Origin: a virus
Taxonomy: Duplodnaviria > Caudoviricetes
IMG/VR virus record: IMGVR_UViG_3300037067_015007
Location: 1-64,000 of that record
Length of the DNA: 64,000 nucleotides
Reading direction: 5' to 3' (one strand)
In this document: positions 8,926 through 16,530 of the stretch, piece by piece
Layout: the number at the start of each line of letters is the position of its first letter
How positions within the stretch are numbered: the first letter of the stretch is position 1
The notes under the pieces: model-generated
Told to the model about the DNA's origin: nothing
What the model saw: the letters and a program-made list of their open reading frames with translations, nothing else
Database searches by the model: none
Program-made: the position numbers and the translations under genes

Positions 8926-10220
8926 ATTTCACTCGCCCTTTTGTATGTATTGATGATAACGGAAAGATTGTTGTTGAAAACATTGTCTATGTACTGAATC
9001 ATTTCGCTGAGATTGGCGACCTTTTTGCTAGTCGAATTGAACAGGCTGACATAGAAAGTGATAGTATCCCAACTGTCCGTATCCCGCCGAATGTCAATCA
9101 GTTTAACCCTGTTCGAATTACCCCTGAACTCAATTGCAAATCCACCTTCGTCAAAATTGCAGTTGATGTTCTTGATAAAATCGGTAGGTACTAAAGGAAT
9201 GAGATTTTGTGAAAGATAATCCTTGACCCTAATTTCCTCGGCCTTATTCTCTTCCAATTTTTTAGGAAGATTTTTGAAATGCTCTTCATTCTTCAGATAT
9301 GTATTGTTGTTGTTTTCGTAGGCCTTGTTGACAATTCCAAAGAAAACGTTTTCCTTCATACCCTTCAGCATCTTGACATCTTTCGGATATGTTCCACTAG
9401 CAGAGGAAGAAGAAATACCAATTCTTTTTGAGGACAGGAGATAATACTTATTCCAACGGGAACTTTCTACCCTGTCTAATGATGAATACCAACAAAGAGT
9501 GATTTTGGCCCAACTCTGTTTGTTCATCGATTTCATATTTGCATCGTGGATATTGTTGACTAAAATATACTCGGTAAAAATCTTGGCGGTGGTTTCGGCA
9601 CCATCAGGCTTGTCAAACCTTTCATTGAAAACATAAAACTTGATGCCCTTCGAATTTAAAGACCCCTCAAAAAGTTGCTTGTAGGAAGTGAATATATCCT
9701 TGGCAATTTTCAAAGTGCTTTCGTTGGAATTACGAAGAGGTATAGGGTCTTTGATATTGTGCATCTTCTTGATGAACTCTATCCTCTTTTTGGTTCTTTC
9801 CTTCAACTGCGGGAACTCCAAGTTCTCAGGGTCAATTTCCCTTTTGGGTTTTCTCGTCCTGCGAACGACAGGAGCATTCGGGTCAACAGGCTTACGGGTG
9901 TAAGTTCTTTTGGTCTCCGTGTCCACGAACTTGAAGAAAAAGTTGGAACATTCGTAGTTATAAGAATCTCGGAAACGGTCGTAGTTCAAATCAGGGGAGT
10001 TGCGGACGAACGCCCTCAACTCTGCGGAAAAATCGTTATCTTCAATCAAGGCCGATGAAATATGGCCTTCAGGACGTGCCCCATAAAAGTTGTGATACTT
10101 GATGGTTTCCTTCGTGTGGTCGGGGTACTTGTTGATGTATTCTTGGGGAACGGGAAACACGACATGAAACTTACCTTTCAAACCATAACGGTAAAAATGT
10201 ATTTCGTATTTCATACCCAC
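8922..10220 (-). CDS. hypothetical protein (432 aa)
   Basis: long ORF directly behind a consensus sigma70 promoter. Confidence 0.75.
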   Translation of the reverse strand: MGMKYEIHFYRYGLKGKFHVVFPVPQEYINKYPDHTKETIKYHNFYGARPEGHISSALIEDNDFSAELRAFVRNSPDLNYDRFRDSYNYECSNFFFKFVDTETKRTYTRKPVDPNAPVVRRTRKPKREIDPENLEFPQLKERTKKRIEFIKKMHNIKDPIPLRNSNESTLKIAKDIFTSYKQLFEGSLNSKGIKFYVFNERFDKPDGAETTAKIFTEYILVNNIHDANMKSMNKQSWAKITLCWYSSLDRVESSRWNKYYLLSSKRIGISSSSASGTYPKDVKMLKGMKENVFFGIVNKAYENNNNTYLKNEEHFKNLPKKLEENKAEEIRVKDYLSQNLIPLVPTDFIKNINCNFDEGGFAIEFRGNSNRVKLIDIRRDTDSWDTITFYVSLFNSTSKKVANLSEMIQYIDNVFNNNLSVIINTYKRASEI

Positions 10221-10249
10221 ATTCTACCAAATTTTTTGGCATATGTCAA
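10221..10249 (-). promoter_or_regulatory. sigma70-type early promoter
   Basis: TTGACA-17 nt-TAGAAT with TG extension. Confidence 0.75.
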
Positions 10250-10452
10250 TAGTTTCTACGATATTTTTTAATTTTTTTAATGGCCAGGAATTGAACGATG
10301 CACCCTATATCAGCCAACAAAAACGCCGTCATTATTATATACAAATGTGCAAATAAAAATATAAGACTAAAGAAAGAATAATATAGTATTAATAATATAA
10401 GTATTATCCTTAATATATTCATCAATTTTCTCCTACCTATATTATACCACAT
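10246..10452 (-). CDS. small membrane protein
   Basis: hydrophobic 68-aa ORF; true start probably MNILR after GGAG. Confidence 0.5.
   Translation of the reverse strand: MWYNIGRRKLMNILRIILILLILYYSFFSLIFLFAHLYIIMTAFLLADIGCIVQFLAIKKIKKYRRNY
10434..10451 (-). promoter_or_regulatory. extended -10 early promoter
   Basis: tgtggtataatataggtag. Confidence 0.65.
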
Positions 10453-10470
10453 ATAGGTATAAAAAAATGT

Positions 10471-10811
10471 CGAGCGAAGCGAGACCCGAACGAAGTGAGG
10501 CGGGAGGTAATCTTTATGCTCAAATAAAATTTGAGCAGACTTCTAACGTCCACCTTTTCTTTTTTTCATTTTTTAAGAACCGAAAAGTTTTGAATTTTTG
10601 AACCCAAATCCTAACACTTAAAAATTTTAATAACTTACAACTTTTGAGCAGAATACAATCATTAGGGTAAAATGAAAAATTTACTTACAACGTATTTCTA
10701 TGCGACACATCCACATAGCGGAGCTTTGGAACACCAACCTGACAGACCAACTGCTCCTTTAGCGAACTTGTAATTAGGAAAGTGGTTGCTCAGACCACTT
10801 GTTACCTAATT
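10471..10811. other. non-coding region with GCGAAGC-type motifs and hairpins (possible origin or ncRNA)
   Basis: CGAGCGAAGCGAG / CGAACGAAGTGAG at 10471-10500, hairpin 10517-10537, long stem-loop 10772-10811, no ORF. Confidence 0.4.
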
Positions 10812-11468
10812 TATTTGTTCATAATTCTGATGTATTTGTTTTTTTTTATTACTTATTTTTGTTTTCCATTCTTGTAATTTATTATTTGCTATTTTTCCCC
10901 CATATTTTTTAAACCAAATACTATAAAGTGATTTACCAAACATAGGATTATTTTTTCCTTTGTATTTATTTTTTATTATTATTGATATTTTTTCTTTAGT
11001 TTCTTTACTTAAATGAGTTCCAAACATATGATTTTTTTCACCAAGTTTGCCAAACATAGGATTTTTATTACTTTTAAGAGCCTTACTTAATTTTATTTTT
11101 GTTTCTTTTGTAAGAGGTTTTCCAAAATTATGATTATTTTCACCACTCATTTTTTGTTTTGATATTTCATTATGATGTTTATGTTTATGCCCACCCGTTT
11201 CAAGATTATATCCATTTGGGGCTAACGTATTAAATTCTTTTATTAGAAAACTTTCTGTCCAATCTAAATTTTCTTCGGGACAGGAAAATGAAATCCACTT
11301 GAAATTTTCTATATCATATTTTTTAATAGCATTATTGAATGCACAACAAAAAGTAGATTTTTTATGTTTTCTTATTCTTTCCCTTAATATTTGTGTAGTT
11401 TGTCCTATATACTGTTTTCCATTGACTAAATTGGTGGCTATATAAATTGTTCCGTTGTCTTGATTCAT
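10806..11468 (-). CDS. GIY-YIG homing endonuclease with NUMOD3 repeats
   Basis: GTIY..TN.VNGKQYIGQT, E..I, PNGYN, NPMFGK repeats. Confidence 0.9.
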   Translation of the reverse strand: MNQDNGTIYIATNLVNGKQYIGQTTQILRERIRKHKKSTFCCAFNNAIKKYDIENFKWISFSCPEENLDWTESFLIKEFNTLAPNGYNLETGGHKHKHHNEISKQKMSGENNHNFGKPLTKETKIKLSKALKSNKNPMFGKLGEKNHMFGTHLSKETKEKISIIIKNKYKGKNNPMFGKSLYSIWFKKYGGKIANNKLQEWKTKISNKKKQIHQNYEQIN

Positions 11469-11567
11469 CTTTAACCTCTTCTACAAGTTAGAATTTTAGT
11501 GAGATAATTCAAAGTGGTAGAAGCACTTTGAAAAGGTAGCGAACCCTGTCTCTCACTATTATTTATT
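11469..11567 (-). ncRNA. endonuclease-associated pseudoknotted leader RNA, copy 1
   Basis: P1 UAGUGAGA/UCUCACUA, P3 CAAAGUG/CACUUUG, loop CUUCUAC pairs with GUAGAAG at the SD. Confidence 0.8.
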
Positions 11568-12929
11568 GTTTTCATAATATCTATTCATCCTTTTGTTTAA
11601 AATAATTTTTTTATTAATTTTAGATATTTTTTCAAATTTTTCCTTGGTGTCTGCTGTTGATAAAAATTTAAAAATTGCGTCTAAGACAAAATGATTTGTC
11701 CAATATAAATTCGTTAATTGAGTTGTTTCCTTATTGCGAAAATCTTTCCTGATATTTAATCTTCTTTCAATCATTATTTGTGTGGGTTGAGTTATTTTAA
11801 ATTTATCCTCAATATTTTTTCTTGATGGATTTTTTTCCTGCCATAGATACCATTCATAGAAAGGGTCAAAAAATTCCAACCTTCTCTGCTTGATGTATTC
11901 CAACAAAAATGTGATATCAACCTCAATCATTTTGTCGGATGTACTACTCAATGAATCGGTAAATTTTTGAGTTAGTGAACGAACTTTGTTAACCTCTGTA
12001 GTTTGTTCTAAAGTTCCAATCAAATTCAAATTTTTTAGAGTTTTAAAATGTCTTTCAAAATCAATATCAAGTTCTTTCCATTTTTTCTGAAGTAGTTTTA
12101 AATCAAAGGTGAGAGACTTACCTAACAGATAAGTCATAATAAGGTCGCCTGGTTTTTCTTGTTGCATTAGAATATCTAACACATATTTTAACACACTCTG
12201 TTTTAATTTAGGTTGATATTTTACCTGTTCAAAAATTTTCTCATAAATTGAATATTGCCAATCGTCTAATTTTTTCCAAGTCTTATCATTCTTGACAGGC
12301 GGCAACTCTTTCAATATTGGTGGTTTGATGAAGTTTTTATAGAGGAAGGAACTTTTTAAAAATCCTCTATCCATTTCTCTAGAATGGTTCCAATCAAAAT
12401 AAACCTTTTCATCATCGTATGATGTCATATCAGTATAAGTCAAGATGTAATTAATTTCATTTTGATAAAAAGCACACCATTCTGACATTTTGCATGTGCT
12501 TTCACACCGCAAATTTTTTCGTAATTCATTATCTTCTTTTATCCATTCTCTATATTCAGGAGTTTGTTCATAAGTTGGTTCTTTGGATAGGTGTTTATGA
12601 ATTTCCCACGAGGCCCGAAGAATTTCTTCCAAATGACTATCTCTACAAAGCCGCTCCGTCATGGGATGATATTTTTCAGGCTTGTCAATATTCTTATCCT
12701 TGAAAATTCTTATTAGTTCCTTTTCAAAACAGGATAAATGAGTAGCCTCATAAAACCTACAACGTTTATATTTCCCCATTTCTGCACATGGTTCGCATTT
12801 GTACTTAATTAATTGAAAATCAGAAAGATAGGGATAGAAGCATGCCTTTTTTATTTTCCTAAGTTGAAACAAGAGTGGTTCCTTGGGGTTCAACAAAAAA
12901 TCGAAACTTTCCCTAAATTTGAAATTCAC
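11559..12929 (-). CDS. hypothetical protein (456 aa, Cys-rich N-terminus)
   Basis: long ORF behind an early promoter. Confidence 0.75.
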   Translation of the reverse strand: MNFKFRESFDFLLNPKEPLLFQLRKIKKACFYPYLSDFQLIKYKCEPCAEMGKYKRCRFYEATHLSCFEKELIRIFKDKNIDKPEKYHPMTERLCRDSHLEEILRASWEIHKHLSKEPTYEQTPEYREWIKEDNELRKNLRCESTCKMSEWCAFYQNEINYILTYTDMTSYDDEKVYFDWNHSREMDRGFLKSSFLYKNFIKPPILKELPPVKNDKTWKKLDDWQYSIYEKIFEQVKYQPKLKQSVLKYVLDILMQQEKPGDLIMTYLLGKSLTFDLKLLQKKWKELDIDFERHFKTLKNLNLIGTLEQTTEVNKVRSLTQKFTDSLSSTSDKMIEVDITFLLEYIKQRRLEFFDPFYEWYLWQEKNPSRKNIEDKFKITQPTQIMIERRLNIRKDFRNKETTQLTNLYWTNHFVLDAIFKFLSTADTKEKFEKISKINKKIILNKRMNRYYENNK

Positions 12930-12947
12930 TACCCGTATTATACCACA
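12930..12947 (-). promoter_or_regulatory. extended -10 early promoter
   Basis: tgtggtataatacgggtag. Confidence 0.6.
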
Positions 12948-12982
12948 AGGTGTAATAAAATTCAGAGATAAAAATAAAAAAA

Positions 12983-13369
12983 TTATCCGATACGGATTTT
13001 AAACACTTCTTCGCCGTATCTGTCGTTGGCATCCCGTGCAGTAATCTTGGCAGTATAAAGGCCTGAAACCCCACAAGAATATCCGCAGGTTCCTGACCAT
13101 CCTGAATAAATGACAGGCCCACCAGGAGTAGGATTATTATAGGCTGAATATGCAGACCATCCCGAAAATCCTGAATATCCAATTCGGGTATCCCAAAAAT
13201 ATTTATATTTTTGATTTCCTGCTTCTTGCATTTCGGTTCCTGAAACCGCTACGGCATCTGTAACGCTGTGGCGAATTTCAATATCTACATCAGAGATAGA
13301 GGAATCAATACCTTCCATCTCGGCCTCAATTAAAACGGTTTCATTTAACCTGAAGCTAGTACCTGTCAT
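12983..13369 (-). CDS. virion-associated protein with Ser-Gly-aromatic insert
   Basis: Ig-like context (Y.WDT...GLYTAKITA) containing SGFSGWSAYSAY repeats. Confidence 0.6.
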   Translation of the reverse strand: MTGTSFRLNETVLIEAEMEGIDSSISDVDIEIRHSVTDAVAVSGTEMQEAGNQKYKYFWDTRIGYSGFSGWSAYSAYNNPTPGGPVIYSGWSGTCGYSCGVSGLYTAKITARDANDRYGEEVFKIRIG

Positions 13370-13380
13370 TTTATTTTCTC

Positions 13381-13509
13381 CTAAAAATTCCCGCCTAAAC
13401 TTTTAACCTGAACAGCAATACGAATCGCCTTTCTTGTTGTAACCTGTATAACCATTAGGCTCTTTACCCTGTAGGCTATACGAATTGCTTTTCTTACTGT
13501 TATTCTCAT
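13381..13509 (-). CDS. 42-aa ORF with internal RKAIRIA repeat
   Basis: MRITVRKAIRIAYRVKSLMVIQVTTRKAIRIAVQVKSLGGNF; fills the gap between genes. Confidence 0.4.
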   Translation of the reverse strand: MRITVRKAIRIAYRVKSLMVIQVTTRKAIRIAVQVKSLGGNF

Positions 13510-13520
13510 ACTTCTATTTA

Positions 13521-13703
13521 TTATTCATAGACTAAGGTAATTCTAGTTCCCGCACCTGTTGTTGTTATTGTCAACCCGTCATAAAAATCTAATTCAAAAT
13601 CTATAGAACCTAGAATGGCAGTCAGGTCTATCGTGGCTAGTGTGTTTGTTGCTGTTACAGCATCGTAAATTACTAAGGTTCCCACATTATCCCCATTTAT
13701 CAC
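13521..13703 (-). CDS. small virion-type protein, probably N-terminally truncated
   Basis: frame continues upstream as GAGTLHRV-INGDNVGTLVIYD until a TAG inside the upstream gene. Confidence 0.5.
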   Translation of the reverse strand: MINGDNVGTLVIYDAVTATNTLATIDLTAILGSIDFELDFYDGLTITTTGAGTRITLVYE

Positions 13704-13704
13704 C

Positions 13705-13974
13705 CTATGTAATGTTCCTGCCCCCTACAGGCATGGCGTTGGTTTCTATATGGGATAATGCCAATTGACTGACACCATGCGTAGGGTCAGTATGACTTGT
13801 GATTATTTTTTGAATAATGGCTTGGTCATCAGGGTCAGTAATATATCTTTTGGCTGTAAAATAAATCGTCCAACCTGTTATATTTTCTTCAACACCTGCT
13901 GATGTAAAGTGAAATTCCCAACTGTAGTTATCTCCACGGTAGATATCAAGATTTAAAGTGGTAGGTTTACTCAT
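13705..13974 (-). CDS. BppU-N-like structural protein, probably C-terminally truncated
   Basis: LDIYRGDNYSWEF...NITGWTIYFTAK motif; late motif and GGAG SD upstream. Confidence 0.55.
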   Translation of the reverse strand: MSKPTTLNLDIYRGDNYSWEFHFTSAGVEENITGWTIYFTAKRYITDPDDQAIIQKIITSHTDPTHGVSQLALSHIETNAMPVGGRNIT

Positions 13975-14023
13975 TGCAGTCTCCTACCATTATTTAGGGA
14001 AATAAATCAGGGGAAGTTAGATA

Positions 14024-14161
14024 TTACTTCTGTTTATCTTCTTTATCTTTTTCTTCTTTTTTTCTTTTCTCTTCCATCAATTTAAGTTTCGTTTCTGTAT
14101 CTAAAACTTCAACAAGCAATTTTGCTTTCGGTTGAGTCTGTGGGGTTTTGAGTTCCGACAT
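14024..14161 (-). CDS. 45-aa hypothetical protein (not in ORF track)
   Basis: GAGGAGG SD then MSELKTPQTQPKAKLLVEVLDTETKLKLMEEKRKK... Confidence 0.5.
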   Translation of the reverse strand: MSELKTPQTQPKAKLLVEVLDTETKLKLMEEKRKKEEKDKEDKQK

Positions 14162-14357
14162 TTTTGGCCTCCTCTTGAATTTGTTTTGCTTCTTTTTTCA
14201 AAACTTCTTCCAATGCCGCAATTCCACCCAATAGTTGTTGGATTCCTTGTTCTTGTTGATTTAACATTTGAGCCAATTGGTCTCTGCGTTGAACGGCCCT
14301 GTCAATATCTGTGCGGTATTGCTGAATCTGTTTTTGTAAAATTTCCACATTTATCAT
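14109..14357 (-). CDS. coiled-coil hypothetical protein
   Basis: Gln-rich heptad pattern. Confidence 0.6.
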   Translation of the reverse strand: MINVEILQKQIQQYRTDIDRAVQRRDQLAQMLNQQEQGIQQLLGGIAALEEVLKKEAKQIQEEAKNVGTQNPTDSTESKIAC

Positions 14358-14887
14358 CTTTGTTCTCCCATAGTATTTATTGAATCTTCAATGGCTTTGA
14401 TTACATCTTCAGGTTCTACAAAGGCATCTTTATCGTATGTTGCCTGTTCCCACATTTCAAACTGCTTGGGTCGCAGATATTTTTTGTCTTTCAATAAATT
14501 AAAATTTTCCTTATGTCCGAAAATTTCAGGGTCGGATTGAGACCAAATAACAAAGCCTGGCTTCTTCACTTGTAACAAGGCGAAATGATGGAAAAAATTA
14601 TCCACACTAATCCAAGTAACACAATTTTTAATATCTTCTGCCAAGGCCCAAAGGTCTTTATCCCAAAGATGACGGTCAATAAATTTCAGTTTGATTTCTG
14701 CCCCTTGTCCGCATTGCCAAATATCATACCCTTTATCCTTTAGTAATTTGGTTATTTTATTCCACCATTCTTTCGAAGGATTTTTGGCATTCCACCCCCC
14801 GCTACGTAAAGGCTTGGCCCAACAACTGATTAATATTATTTTACTTTGTTCCTTTGTTTCCATCGTTATCATTTGCGACAAAATCAC
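14354..14887 (-). CDS. GT9 (heptosyltransferase)-like C-terminal domain protein
   Basis: K....EWW.K....L...GY...QCG, ISVDNFFHHFA, P..VIW...P..FG pattern. Confidence 0.65.
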   Translation of the reverse strand: MILSQMITMETKEQSKIILISCWAKPLRSGGWNAKNPSKEWWNKITKLLKDKGYDIWQCGQGAEIKLKFIDRHLWDKDLWALAEDIKNCVTWISVDNFFHHFALLQVKKPGFVIWSQSDPEIFGHKENFNLLKDKKYLRPKQFEMWEQATYDKDAFVEPEDVIKAIEDSINTMGEQR

Positions 14888-15524
14888 AACTCATGGTCGC
14901 CGCATAATTGTAAGCCGCATTTACTGTGCGAAGTCCTGAATATCCTGAGTATCCATTGAATCCTTTTACATTCAACGTAGTTGAAATATTTTGCATTATG
15001 TTTTGAGTGAATGCATCGGCTGATGCTCCAATATAAGCAACTTTCCAACCTGTTTTGTCTTGTAGTTCTGTCAATTTGTCTTTGATTTGTTGTGAAGTAT
15101 ATTCATGACTTGAATTTTCCCCACCGTCTGTCAAAATCATCAACAGGGTTCTCGGTGCCTTTTTCATTTTACCATGACGCTCTAAGACTAGGCCGACCGT
15201 TGTACCAATGGCATCAAACAACGCAGTCATACCATCTGGAACATAAGTTTGTTCGTTCAACGGCTCCACTTCTGTAATCTTTACACCGTCATAAAGCAGT
15301 TTTTTCTCAACAGGCGCATTGAAAAACATGGCAGAAATCAAAGTCTTTTTGGATAACTTTTTTTGTTTTTCTAAAAAGGCATTGAACCCGCCGATTGCGT
15401 CCGCTTTCGTTGAATCCATCGACCCGCTTCTATCGATGACACAAATAATTTCAGCCGCTTTGATATCTTTTGTTTTTTTGGCTGTTTTCTTTTTTTCTGT
15501 TTTTTTAGTTTTTTTCAGTTTCAT
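14841..15524 (-). CDS. von Willebrand factor A domain protein
   Basis: IDRSGSM MIDAS, T.L.DAIG, ILTDGGENSS. Confidence 0.85.
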   Translation of the reverse strand: MKLKKTKKTEKKKTAKKTKDIKAAEIICVIDRSGSMDSTKADAIGGFNAFLEKQKKLSKKTLISAMFFNAPVEKKLLYDGVKITEVEPLNEQTYVPDGMTALFDAIGTTVGLVLERHGKMKKAPRTLLMILTDGGENSSHEYTSQQIKDKLTELQDKTGWKVAYIGASADAFTQNIMQNISTTLNVKGFNGYSGYSGLRTVNAAYNYAATMSCDFVANDNDGNKGTK

Positions 15525-15771
15525 ATGAAACCTCCTTTAATTTTTTTTCCATTTCCTTTTCTACAGTTTTCAGGATAACTGTCAGAATTTTCGGGCTTTT
15601 GATTTCTTCCATAGTAAAGTATCCTGTAAGCCCATCGATATGTTTAAATTTGACTGTGATATTACCATCCACTTTTATAAAGATAAAATTTTCAGTCTCC
15701 ATTTTTTGTATTGTTGGGTCTGCTACAAGTTGTCTTGCACATTGCTTGAATTCTTTTTTGGCAATTTTCAT
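15505..15771 (-). CDS. hypothetical protein
   Basis: 88-aa ORF with GGAG SD. Confidence 0.55.
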   Translation of the reverse strand: MKIAKKEFKQCARQLVADPTIQKMETENFIFIKVDGNITVKFKHIDGLTGYFTMEEIKSPKILTVILKTVEKEMEKKLKEVSYETEKN

Positions 15772-16427
15772 ATTTTATCCTCCAAAGTTATCTTTCTCTT
15801 TTTACATAATTGTTTGTATTTTTCTATGGCTTGTATCCAAATTTCAGGATGTTCTTGATGATGTTTTTTTAATCTTTCTCCTGAATTTTTATTTCTTTCT
15901 GCTAATTTTTTTCTTGCTTCAGGATGTTCATTCCACCATTTTTTTCTTTTTATACTCATTTCTTTTTTCATTTTTTCTGTCTTCATAGGATGTAATTCTC
16001 CATATTTTTTCAAGGAAGTTTGTTTCTTTTTTTCTTTTGTTTTTTCGGAAGGATGAGTTCCATATTGAGGATGATTTTCTCCTGAAAAATTTGCATGATT
16101 TTTTCTCATTTTCTTTTTTGTTATTTCCGTAATTATTTTGTTCTTATTCCCACCACCTTCAATATTATACCCGTTCGGAGCCAAAGTTTCTAACTCCTTT
16201 ATTAAGAAGGTTTCATGCCAATCCAAATCTTCTATAATACAGGAATAAGAAATCCATTTAAAATTTTTTTGTCCATATTTTTTAATTGCTCTATAAAGAA
16301 GAATACTGTCTCCTTTTCTATGATGTTCTTTTTGTCTTAAATCAAAATTTCTTATCGTTTGTCCCACATACATTTTTCCATTTAGTAGATTGATAACTAT
16401 ATAAATAGTTCCAACTTCTTGATTCAT
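15768..16427 (-). CDS. GIY-YIG homing endonuclease
   Basis: GTIY...N.LNGKMYVGQT, PNGYN, NUMOD3-like; start placed at MNQEV after GAGGAG SD. Confidence 0.9.
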   Translation of the reverse strand: MNQEVGTIYIVINLLNGKMYVGQTIRNFDLRQKEHHRKGDSILLYRAIKKYGQKNFKWISYSCIIEDLDWHETFLIKELETLAPNGYNIEGGGNKNKIITEITKKKMRKNHANFSGENHPQYGTHPSEKTKEKKKQTSLKKYGELHPMKTEKMKKEMSIKRKKWWNEHPEARKKLAERNKNSGERLKKHHQEHPEIWIQAIEKYKQLCKKRKITLEDKI

Positions 16428-16528
16428 CTTCAACTCCTCACATAAGTTAGATTTATTAGTGAAGTAATCCAAGATGATGTGAGCATCTTGGAAGGGTAGC
16501 GAACCTTGTCCTTCACTAATATTTATTA
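16428..16528 (-). ncRNA. endonuclease-associated pseudoknotted leader RNA, copy 2
   Basis: P1 UAGUGAAG/CUUCACUA, P3 CAAGAUG/CAUCUUG, loop CUCACAU pairs with AUGUGAG at the SD. Confidence 0.8.
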
Positions 16529-16530
16529 TT

